Below are positions 7,383 to 16,600 of a stretch of 27,701 nt of DNA, in pieces. The stretch's first letter is position 1; each line of letters begins with the position of its first letter. A program made the translations under genes and the position numbers. The stretch lies in the IMG/VR virus record IMGVR_UViG_3300020042_003020, positions 1 through 27,701 of that record; one strand, written 5' to 3'. Under the pieces are notes generated by a model, which made no database searches, was not told the DNA's origin, and worked only from the letters and a program-made list of their open reading frames with translations. The DNA comes from a virus (lineage: Duplodnaviria; Caudoviricetes).

Positions 7383-8936
7383 ATGCAAATCATTGACAAC
7401 AAAGCATTGGTGTTTAATACACGCAAAGCAAATCAAATCACTTCAATCATTCCTAAGAGCAAGGTGCTTGAGAACAACGGAGACGTTGATCAAGTCATTG
7501 TTAACTGGGGCTTTGACGAAGTGCAACTGTTACGCAATCTAGGTATACGTGATGTGCCTAGTCCCATACTGGGACGCTACCAGTGGCCCGGAATGTTTAC
7601 GCCGTTCGATCATCAGCGTACTACTGCAGAGTTCCTCACACTCCATCCACGTTGCTTTGTGTTCAACGAAGCAGGCACAGGCAAGACCAGTGCAGCAGCT
7701 TGGGCTGCGGATTATTTGATGCAACAAGGCAGAGTCAAGCGTGTGCTTGTTGTGTGCCCAGTGTCCATTATGGACACCGCATGGCGATCTGATTTATTCA
7801 AGACAGTCATGCACCGAACCGTTGCAATTGCGCAGGGGTCACGCACACAAAGACAGAAGGTCATTGATGGTGATTACGAGTTTGTCATCATTAACTTTGA
7901 TGGTGTGAAGGTCGTCAATAAAGAGTTGATAGCCGGTGGATTTGATCTCATCATTGTGGACGAAGCTAACGCAGTTAAGAGCGTGACTACTGATAGGTGG
8001 AAGTGCCTTGCAACCCTGATTAAACCTGCTACACGCCTATGGATGATGACGGGTACGCCTGCCTCGCAGTCACCGCTTGACGCATACGGTTTGGCTAAAC
8101 TTGTGGCACCTGATGCGGTGCCTAGATTCTTTGGTGCGTTCCGTGACAAGGTGATGCTTAAACTTACGCAGTACAAGTGGGTGCCGAGACAAGACGCACA
8201 ACAGATCGTTCACCAAGTATTGCAACCTGCCATTAGATACACAAAGCTAGAGTGCTTGGACTTGCCTGACTTGTTGTACTCGACTCGTGAAGTTCCGTTG
8301 ACTGCTCAGCAGACCAAATACTACGACGCACTCAAAAAACAAATGATGACTATTGCAGCAGGCTCAGAAATCACAGCGGTGAATGCGGCAGCAATGCTTA
8401 ACAAACTTTTGCAAGTTGCGCAAGGTGCGGTTTATACCGATGACGGAGGTGTTGTTGAGTTTGACGTATCTAATCGCATGACTGAGTTACTGAATGTGAT
8501 TGAGCAAACTGACCATAAGGTATTGGTGTTTATCCCATATCGGCACACGCTTCAGATGGTTGAGAATACTCTACTCAAAGAAGGATACACAGTGCAGACA
8601 ATTCATGGCGGCGTTGCTTCTACACGCCGAGCAGACATCATCAAACAGTTTCAAACCGAAGACGACCCACGCATACTCCTGCTAGTACCACAAGCTACTG
8701 CACACGGTATCACGCTGACTCGTGCCGATCAAGTTGTGTGGTGGGGTCCAGTAGCGTCCACAGAAATCTATTTGCAAGCTAACTCCCGAGCACACCGTGC
8801 AGGGCAGGTAAATCACGTTACGGTTACACACCTACAAGGTAGCCCTGTCGAGCGGCGCGTGTATACCATGTTGCAAAATAAAATAGATTTACATCAAAGT
8901 TTAGTAGATTTATACAAACAAGAGCTTGACATGTAA
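7383..8936 (+). CDS. SNF2-family (SF2) DNA helicase (517 aa)
   Basis: Walker A NEAGTGKT, motif Ia VVCP, motif II DEAN, motif III TGTP, motif V GITLT, motif VI QANSRAHRAGQ. Confidence 0.93.
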   Translation: MQIIDNKALVFNTRKANQITSIIPKSKVLENNGDVDQVIVNWGFDEVQLLRNLGIRDVPSPILGRYQWPGMFTPFDHQRTTAEFLTLHPRCFVFNEAGTGKTSAAAWAADYLMQQGRVKRVLVVCPVSIMDTAWRSDLFKTVMHRTVAIAQGSRTQRQKVIDGDYEFVIINFDGVKVVNKELIAGGFDLIIVDEANAVKSVTTDRWKCLATLIKPATRLWMMTGTPASQSPLDAYGLAKLVAPDAVPRFFGAFRDKVMLKLTQYKWVPRQDAQQIVHQVLQPAIRYTKLECLDLPDLLYSTREVPLTAQQTKYYDALKKQMMTIAAGSEITAVNAAAMLNKLLQVAQGAVYTDDGGVVEFDVSNRMTELLNVIEQTDHKVLVFIPYRHTLQMVENTLLKEGYTVQTIHGGVASTRRADIIKQFQTEDDPRILLLVPQATAHGITLTRADQVVWWGPVASTEIYLQANSRAHRAGQVNHVTVTHLQGSPVERRVYTMLQNKIDLHQSLVDLYKQELDM

Positions 8937-8953
8937 ATTTGACAGTGTATAAT
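8926..8953 (+). promoter_or_regulatory. Consensus sigma70 promoter
   Basis: TTGACA (8926-8931), 16-nt spacer, TATAAT (8948-8953). AAGGAG RBS and ATG 8988 follow. Confidence 0.8.
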
Positions 8954-8987
8954 TTCAATTTAGTTCAACGCAAATCAAAGGAGTCCT

Positions 8988-9377
8988 ATGGATGCAAGCC
9001 AGTTAGTCAATGTGTATATCAAAATACGTGACGCTAAAGAAATGAAGAAGAAGCAGATGGAAGCTGAGATAGCTGACCTTGATGTTCAGCTTGATGCCGT
9101 TGAGCATGAGCTTCTAGAAATCTGCAAAGCCACTGGTCAAGACGGTGGCAAGACACAACATGGTTCGTTCACACGAGCCGTCAAAACACGCTACTGGACC
9201 AGTGACTGGGACAGTATGTACAAATTCATCCGTGAGCATGATGCCCCTGACCTTCTCGAACGTCGTATTGCGCAAGGTAACTTTGCACAGTTCGTCAAAG
9301 AGAATCCAGACAGCATGCCTGCAGGTGTGAATATCGAGTCCAAGTACTCGATCACGGTTCGCCGTTCATCCAAGTAA
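8988..9377 (+). CDS. Conserved phage replication-module protein (129 aa)
   Basis: Strong RBS. N-terminal coiled coil (YIKIRD...) and an RYWTSDW motif. Located between the helicase and the SSB-like gene. Confidence 0.8.
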   Translation: MDASQLVNVYIKIRDAKEMKKKQMEAEIADLDVQLDAVEHELLEICKATGQDGGKTQHGSFTRAVKTRYWTSDWDSMYKFIREHDAPDLLERRIAQGNFAQFVKENPDSMPAGVNIESKYSITVRRSSK

Positions 9378-9397
9378 CTTCCCAATAGGAAATCAAA

Positions 9398-10288
9398 ATG
9401 AGTAACATGACACTTTTCAAATCCGGTTCCGTTATCCCTGACTATTTGCGTGAGGCTTCTGACGCTACTACCCGTGACATCGCAGGTAGCTCTGGCGGTA
9501 AGCAAATCTCAATCAAGGGCGGTGTGTGGCGTATGGTTGTAGGCGGTGAAGAAGTCGCCAAGAACGAAGAACGCGCCATGAACTTTGTGGTGATTGCATC
9601 TGGCAAAGGTGTGACCCGCACGTTCTATGCAGACAAATACGAAGAAGGCAAGGACATCAAGCCTGCCTGTTGGTCTGCCGAAGGCGTAGTGCCCAACGAA
9701 GAAGTGGCAAATCCACAAGCCAAGACGTGCGCTACCTGCCCACAGAACATCGAAGGCTCTGGTGATGGTAAGGCTCGTGCCTGCCGTTACAGTAAGCGTT
9801 TGGCTGTAGCTTTAGAGAACGACATTGGTGGCAACATCTATCGCCTGTCAGTACCTGCCAAGTCATACTTCGGTCGTGCTGAAGGTGAGAAGATGCCACT
9901 GCAAGCGTTTGGTAAGTTCTTGTCAGGACATGGTATTCCGATTACAGGCATCGTGACCGAAGCTCGCTTCGACACAGCCGAAGCAGTGCCCGTGTTGAAG
10001 TTCCGTGCTGTACGCCCCTTGTCGAAAGAAGAGTGGGAACTGGGTAAAGCACAGAGCCAAACAGAAGACGCTCGTCAAGCTATCGAGTTGAAGATGGTTC
10101 CATCTAAAGCTGAAGGCATGCCTGCGTTACCACAGTCGTTCAAGGAAGCCCCTGCTGCCGTCGAGAAAGCGGAAGAAGTGGCGGAGCCTGTCAAACGTGC
10201 CCCTACCAAAGCGAAGCCCGAAGCTCCCGCTGCAGCAAAGAACGTATCTGACATCTTGAGTGACTGGGCTACTGACGAAGATGCGTAA
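9398..10288 (+). CDS. Putative ssDNA-binding/annealing protein (296 aa)
   Basis: AGGA RBS. Beta-rich core with Cys residues (ACWS, CATCPQN, ACR), Ala/Pro/Glu linker, acidic aromatic tail (ILSDWATDEDA). Function inferred from tail and context. Confidence 0.65.
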   Translation: MSNMTLFKSGSVIPDYLREASDATTRDIAGSSGGKQISIKGGVWRMVVGGEEVAKNEERAMNFVVIASGKGVTRTFYADKYEEGKDIKPACWSAEGVVPNEEVANPQAKTCATCPQNIEGSGDGKARACRYSKRLAVALENDIGGNIYRLSVPAKSYFGRAEGEKMPLQAFGKFLSGHGIPITGIVTEARFDTAEAVPVLKFRAVRPLSKEEWELGKAQSQTEDARQAIELKMVPSKAEGMPALPQSFKEAPAAVEKAEEVAEPVKRAPTKAKPEAPAAAKNVSDILSDWATDEDA

Positions 10289-10529
10289 TAGACCACGGGG
10301 GCATGACACCCTCTTCATTCAGAAAGTTGAAGATGCAGACCAGAGGCCGATTGTTATGCAGTTGGCTGACGTTTGCATCAACAAAGGTACACCAATTACC
10401 GAGATAGCGCTAATGTTTGGCGTGACTCGTGCGAGTGTGTACAACTGGCTGACTGGTAGATCAGTGCCACGCGCTCGTTATCAGGCAGTAATGCCTAAAG
10501 TTATTGCACGTCTTTCAAAACGTAAGTAA
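10281..10529 (+). CDS. Cro/CI-like helix-turn-helix protein (82 aa)
   Basis: ITEIALMFGVTRASVYNWLTGRSVP is a typical HTH_3/XRE pattern. Confidence 0.82.
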   Translation: MRNRPRGHDTLFIQKVEDADQRPIVMQLADVCINKGTPITEIALMFGVTRASVYNWLTGRSVPRARYQAVMPKVIARLSKRK

Positions 10530-10535
10530 CCCTCG

Positions 10536-10570
10536 GGGGTAACAGGTAGCACTGTTGCCCCTATTTTTTT
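10536..10570 (+). terminator. Rho-independent terminator between the HTH and primase genes
   Basis: Stem GGGGTAACAG-gtagca-CTGTTGCCCC (one G.U pair) followed by TATTTTTTT. Confidence 0.8.
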
Positions 10571-10592
10571 CTCCTCAACCCAGTGAGGTTCT

Positions 10593-13439
10593 GTGACTGA
10601 CTTTCTCAAATCCGTTTTACCAACGCAGGGCTTGTATTGCACTGTGGGTATTCGGGCAAACGCTGTCAAGCAATCGTTCCAAGCGACGATTGAAGACGTG
10701 GAGGCAGTCGGCTCAGGTATGGATTCCCAAGGCGTGGACGCGTATTTTGCGCTTGCCACATTTGAAGATGACTCAGGTCGTAAGGCGGACAACGCCATCT
10801 TTCTGCGGTCGTTCTTTCTAGACTTAGATTGCGGTACAGGCAAGCCCTACGCTGACCAAGCTACCGCTGCCCAAGCACTATCCATATTTGTTGCTGACAC
10901 AAAGCTCCCAAGTCCAACGCTTGTTAACTCAGGTGGTGGTCTCCACGTCTATTGGCCTTTGACCGAAGACGTGCCTGTATCCGAGTGGATACGACACGCA
11001 AAATCACTGAAGCGCTTGTGCGCTCAAAAGAAATTATTTGCTGATCCCGCCGTAACTGCAGATGCTGCACGTATCCTGCGCATACCCGGCACCCATAACT
11101 TTAAGAACGCAACCTCGAGACCTGTACAGATTATTGCAATGGGTACGCCTGTATCCCTTGTTGAGTTTATTGAGCCGTTACCCGCCCCTGCAATGGACTT
11201 GAGCGCAGCCAAACAGTTTGGCATGGACGAGACGTCTAAAGATATTGGTGGTACTGGCGACTACCCTAAGTGTTCGTTTAAGCGTATAGCTATCCGTAGC
11301 ATTAACGGTAACGGCTGTGCGCAGATGAAACACGCCATTGAACAAGCCCATACGCTAGAAGAACCGTTGTGGAGGGCTGCGCTATCTATTGCGGTGCGGT
11401 GCGAAGACGGCCCTACGGCTATCCATACGCTGTCCAAACGGCATCCCGACTACTCGGCAGAGGCGACTGAATCCAAAGCTGCTGAGACCAAAGGTCCGTA
11501 TACCTGCGAGTGGTATCGGGACAACAACTCATCTCTGTGCGAGGGTTGCCCACAGAAGATTTCTACGCCAATTCTGTTGGGTAAGTTTGTAGAGCAGGCA
11601 GTTGTCGAGGATGACCAGTACATCATTGAGACGCCCAAAGACGAGACAGCACCGGCACTCACCATGTCGATACCGGCATACCCGTTCCCATACTTTCGTG
11701 GCGTTAACGGCGGTGTGTACAAGAAAGAACGTACCCCTGATGGTGAGGAGAAGGACGTTGAAATTTACCCATACGACCTATACCTGACAGAGAGGTTCTT
11801 TGACTCTGACCAGTACGGCAACGGTGAAGGCGAGATGGTGGGTCTAAACTTGCACATGAAGCAAGACGGTGTTCGCAGGTTCTACGCCCCCGTGACTACG
11901 CTGTTCACCAAAGATAAAATGCGCGACTTACTGATTAAAAACGGTGTGGTCGCTTACGGAAAACACTTGGATGCAATCATGGCTTACTTTGCTTCGACAC
12001 TACGCAAACTGCAATCGCAGTACGCTGCGAACAAAACACGCAGCCAAATGGGATGGACACCTGACGGGCTTGGCTTTGTCGTAGGTGAGTTGGAATACAC
12101 GGCAGCGGGTACTAAGCTGGCACCGCCTTCAAGCGGTACACGGGAGTTGGCTGAGCAGTTCAAGCCAACCGGCACATTGGAAGAGTGGAGCAAGATCGCT
12201 AACTTCTATAACAGGCCCGGACTCGAGACGCATGCACTGGCTTTGTTTTTTGGTTTTGGTTCGCCCTTGCTAAAGTTTATTGGCCCCAAACAGAACGTGA
12301 AGGGTGCGTTGATTCACCTTAAACACAACGGCTCAGGCTCAGGCAAGTCTACGGCTCAGATGGTAGTCAACTCTATCTTTGGTAATCCTGACACCTTGTT
12401 GTTAAAGCAAGACGACACGTACGCTTCCAAGATGCACTTGCTTGGCATGATGAACAGTATTGCGTTTACTGTGGACGAGATCACCAACGAGAAGCCTGAG
12501 ATTCTGTCCGACTACGCTTATGGGTTTACCTCAGGGCGGGGCAAGCACCGTATGGAAGCGCAGAGTAACAAACTGCGTGTGAACAACACAACATGGTGTA
12601 ACTTTACTTTGTCGTCAGGCAACGCCTCTGTTGTGGATGCCCTGCAAAATCTTAAAAGTACGGCAGATGGTGAGCTTCGTCGGGTGCTTGAGATTGCGTT
12701 TCACGCATACACAGGCTCGCCCAAAGCTGAGATTGATGAAACGTTCGGCAAGCTCAGTACTAACTACGGCTTGGCGGGTCCAATTTACGTTCAGTACATC
12801 ATTGACAACCACGACCATGTGATGAAGCTGCTTGCTGATATGCAAGCCAAGGTTGACAAGGCTCTGAACCTAGACCAGACCGACCGTTTCTATTCTTGCT
12901 TGCTGACATGTGCCTTTGTGGGTGCGTTGATTGCAACTAAGCTTGGGCTGATTAACATCGACATTACACGTATATATCAGTTTGCGTTGGGAGTTGTGCG
13001 GGAGTCAATTGCGTCTAACATGTCTAGCGTTGGCAACCCAATGACTGTGGCTCAGGAAACTCTGGGTGCATTCATCAACGAGAACGTTAACAACGCAATG
13101 GTAGCGGCATATACACCCAAGGGCGGCTTGCCTGAGAGAGCGGCTCTGTCACCAAAGGGCAAGTTGGTTATGCGGTATGACCCTGACACTAGAACACTGG
13201 CTATTCCTGTGGCTGAGTTACGCAAGTACTTTACTAGCAGGCAAGTGGACGTTCGGGATAGCTTGGCACGGTTGACCACTGCAGGGTATCTCAAGCATGG
13301 TGGTAAGTCACATCCCACTCGTATTGGTGCGGGAGCCGTAGGGGGGCTTAGCGGTATTGCAGTGCGCTGCTACATCTTTGATGGAGACGTAATTGGCATC
13401 GACGAAACGGCGTTTGCGCAAGCAGAAAACAGCGCTTAA
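10593..13439 (+). CDS. Primase-helicase: RepB-like AEP primase, Cys-rich linker domain, DUF927/P-loop helicase (948 aa)
   Basis: FLDLDCG, VNSGGGLHVYW and ARILRIPGTHN primase motifs. QMGW, Walker A GSGSGKST, Walker B TVDEIT. GTG start with GAGG RBS. Confidence 0.88.
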   Translation: MTDFLKSVLPTQGLYCTVGIRANAVKQSFQATIEDVEAVGSGMDSQGVDAYFALATFEDDSGRKADNAIFLRSFFLDLDCGTGKPYADQATAAQALSIFVADTKLPSPTLVNSGGGLHVYWPLTEDVPVSEWIRHAKSLKRLCAQKKLFADPAVTADAARILRIPGTHNFKNATSRPVQIIAMGTPVSLVEFIEPLPAPAMDLSAAKQFGMDETSKDIGGTGDYPKCSFKRIAIRSINGNGCAQMKHAIEQAHTLEEPLWRAALSIAVRCEDGPTAIHTLSKRHPDYSAEATESKAAETKGPYTCEWYRDNNSSLCEGCPQKISTPILLGKFVEQAVVEDDQYIIETPKDETAPALTMSIPAYPFPYFRGVNGGVYKKERTPDGEEKDVEIYPYDLYLTERFFDSDQYGNGEGEMVGLNLHMKQDGVRRFYAPVTTLFTKDKMRDLLIKNGVVAYGKHLDAIMAYFASTLRKLQSQYAANKTRSQMGWTPDGLGFVVGELEYTAAGTKLAPPSSGTRELAEQFKPTGTLEEWSKIANFYNRPGLETHALALFFGFGSPLLKFIGPKQNVKGALIHLKHNGSGSGKSTAQMVVNSIFGNPDTLLLKQDDTYASKMHLLGMMNSIAFTVDEITNEKPEILSDYAYGFTSGRGKHRMEAQSNKLRVNNTTWCNFTLSSGNASVVDALQNLKSTADGELRRVLEIAFHAYTGSPKAEIDETFGKLSTNYGLAGPIYVQYIIDNHDHVMKLLADMQAKVDKALNLDQTDRFYSCLLTCAFVGALIATKLGLINIDITRIYQFALGVVRESIASNMSSVGNPMTVAQETLGAFINENVNNAMVAAYTPKGGLPERAALSPKGKLVMRYDPDTRTLAIPVAELRKYFTSRQVDVRDSLARLTTAGYLKHGGKSHPTRIGAGAVGGLSGIAVRCYIFDGDVIGIDETAFAQAENSA

Positions 13440-13674
13440 GCCCAAGGTTCCGCTACCTGACCATCTGCGAGTACTCTCCCTTCACGGGGTGGAGTATTTT
13501 ATGCAGTGGGAAAAGCTGTTGGTTGGCAGTTCGTTCTTTATACCAACTACCGCAACACCCATGCAGATACGAGCCGCACTGCTTCCCGTATCTAGGTTTT
13601 TTAGAATACGGTTTGAAGTACGCTCCCGCTGTGAGTACGGGAGGTACGGTGCTCGAGTGTGGCGAATCTATTAG
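13393..13674 (+). CDS. Small conserved phage protein (W..L.VGSSFFIP...G.RVWR type), possibly DNA-binding
   Basis: TTG start with GGAG at 13383-13386. Last + strand gene. Start position uncertain. Confidence 0.65.
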   Translation: MASTKRRLRKQKTALKPKVPLPDHLRVLSLHGVEYFMQWEKLLVGSSFFIPTTATPMQIRAALLPVSRFFRIRFEVRSRCEYGRYGARVWRIY

Positions 13675-16600
13675 CGTTGAACCTTGCGTAGTTCTGTCTT
13701 AGCTTCTCGCACCCACTGTACGTATTCCAACTCTGTCCGCTTAAGTTCTTTAAGGTCAGCTTCGCGGTCTTCTTTACTCATGTCGGCAGCGCCTTCGGGA
13801 CTATTTAAATACTTGCGATACGCACGAGTGCGTTCCAGTTGCTCAAGCGTAGAGTTAATCATACCTTCTAGCTCAAGCTCGGCCTCGTGTTCTACAACGT
13901 ATTTCTCTGCCCGATCAAGGTCAGTTTTTATCAACTCGTTTAGCGTAGTGTTGGCTTTGCCGACCTTCTCGCGCTCTTCGTAGAACTCAGTCATGCGTCG
14001 TGTGCCAACTGGGTCATACAAGTAGTTGCTGAACAGTGCGTACTTGTGCAGTGGGCGGTCGACTCGCGTTGGGTTGAGTAAGCTGTCCGTCACCATGGTA
14101 ACCATAGCAGCAGTTGAACCGAAGTAACCACGCAGTGCGTTATCAATCATGATTGGGGAAACTTCAACACCAATCTCATCACGGCTAAACACCGCAATAG
14201 CTTTTGCAAGCTCGGAGGTTTGGTCAGTCTTACGCATGCTTGGGTCCATTGCCCTGTGGTGATAGCCCTCTAAGTCTTTGCCAGTCAAGAATGACTTGTT
14301 AGCCCATGCTTCAATCACCGGTTTGATAGCTTGCGGTATTGGAACGGCGCGGCCCAAGTATTGCTCAAACATGTAGTTTAGCGTTGTGCGCACGGCTTCA
14401 AATGCCGTCTGCTCTTCAGGCGTACCCTGACGGCGCATGTACTCTACGATACGCTCGGGGATGACTTTAAAGATAGCGCCTAGTTCGCCCGGAACTCCGA
14501 TCTTGTATCCGCCACCAAGAATCCAGTTGCTGTCCCGTGTACGCAAGTCCATCTCGTTGTAGTCTTCGTCATCATCGCCCTTACCCAACGCATACAGGGA
14601 ACTCAGCATCGTGACGGTAATTGCACGGCTATAGAACAGTTGTCGAGCTTTTGCGCGATCAACGGACGAGCTTGAGTCTTTGCCAGATGCAGCGCGGTAC
14701 AACACATCCATACCTTGAATGTAAGCATTAAAGAACGGAATAACCGTAACCATGTCAGTCACAAACTGGTTTGCGCCACGGCGACGAAAGTTAATAAACT
14801 CACGGGCGCGGGTCTGCGCCAACAATTCATCTTTGCTTTCATTCAAGGTTTGGTCGTAGATAGCTTTACGAACCGCCAAGTCAGATGCGCGGGTAATACC
14901 ATCTAATCTGTGAATTAGCGTTTCAAACATGCCACGCTTTTTGTAGCCTAAGTCTTTTAGCAGAGATGTTGCAGGCTTACCGGCTTCAAAGTCATACTCA
15001 CCGGTCAAACCAAGCCGCCCAAAGTCTTTAACTATCGGGTGCTGGATGCCACGCAGTTCTGCCAATGCCAGCTTGGGAAAGTTAGTCAAAGACATCCAAA
15101 CTAACGCGCCGGGATTTCTTACACCAGACGTCATGATGGCACGTTGTACGTCATCCATCACCTGCTTCAACGCAAATGGTGGCAGTACAGTAACTGTTTT
15201 ACGTAGGATGTTAGAGAACGCACCCATTGCCCGAATCCAACCCGCTTTAGGTGGGTTCAAATCTTTAAACGCCATGACGTCGTACTTGCTTGGCAACTCC
15301 CAGTACTGCATTTCACCGTTTACGTAAGCCCCCACACTGTTTGCAGTTGGCGATGCTCCAGTACGCAATTTTTTAGCTTGCCCAATATCTTCCAAACTGC
15401 GCAAAGTTATTAGAGTAGCGTCGGCTTTAAGCGTTTGCCCAACCATCCAACCAAGCGTGTTTAGGTAGTTATCGAACACATTGCCCACTGGACGTTCAAA
15501 CGAACCAACCAACTCAGGTAGTTTGCCAAGCTGTGCCAAACCTTTGCCACTAATCTTTTTAGCCTTATTAAAATTGGCAGCTACGGAATCAATTGTTTCA
15601 CGATCAAACGGCACATAGCCTACGACGTCACGCCACAACTTACCTTCTTCGGCAGACAACCTACCTACCGCAACCAAGTTGTCAACCATCGCTTTACGGG
15701 CTTCGTCCATGAGCTTGCTCATTTCCTTCAAGTCCGGGTCGGCGTTGTAAGCTCGCACCAACTGGTCAATCTCGTTGTCTTTTAAGTGAAGTGCAAAGTT
15801 TGTCATGCCCGTATTATTAGACCGGCGCATCTCATCTAAACGCACACCTTCTAATATGCGACTGGCAATTTGTGTAGCGCGTTCGCGGCTGTACCCGTTC
15901 TTCTCCGCATACTGGTCAATCAACGCATAGACTTCTGCAGGGGGGCGGACGCCTTCACCCATGCCGGACTTCCACAGACCGGTTGTTTTATCTTTGTACA
16001 ACGTACCAGTCTGGAAGTATTCCAACAGCATTTTGGTGTAGTCTTGCGCCTGACGGTATAGACCCATAGGATTAAGTTCACCCAGTGAGTTACGCACTGC
16101 GCCATCAAACTTCTCCCTCAGACGTTTTTCAATAGTGGCAGCAATGTCCGTTACTTGCGTACGGAACTTAGTCACGTAGCCAATGTCAGGATTGGATTGG
16201 ACACCTACAAGCAGTTTCTTTAACCCGGATTTGTCGTCGCGGTTTAGCGGCCCCATAGAGTCAATTAGCTGTTCGTCGCTAAACGATATGGAGAACTGTT
16301 GTTTTATCTCCTGCGAATTTTCCGGCAAGCTAATGTTTGGCGCTGTCTTAAAGTTTGCTGGGCCTGCTTTGTTTAAGAAGTCTGCAACAGATTTAGCGGG
16401 TGGATATTTACGGCTGGTAACAATAGCTACCAAGTCGCGCATCATCTGAGCAACTCTAGAGAAAAACTTATCTGCAATACTCAATGGCTTTTCGTTAGTC
16501 GTAGCCCAACGTGATACGTTGTCTGCAAACCATTCGCCAAATGAAATCCAATAAGACTCAAACTCTTCCATTGTGGCTGCAGCGGCATCCGCGTCGCCAT

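Noticed and set aside
7276-7542. 88-aa + ORF (and 7224-7436 - ORF) across the intergenic region
   Set aside because: It runs through a terminator, overlaps the helicase out of frame and has no RBS. A non-coding interpretation fits better.
7968-7982. DEAN instead of DEAH in helicase motif II as a sign of inactivation
   Set aside because: The catalytic DE and all other SF2 motifs are intact, so this is probably a tolerated variant.
15920-16108. Nested - strand ORF with GGAG-N7-ATG
   Set aside because: It overlaps a structured part of the main protein and has a Cys-rich, non-protein-like sequence. It shows that chance SDs occur, which tempers but does not remove the case for 18188-18421.
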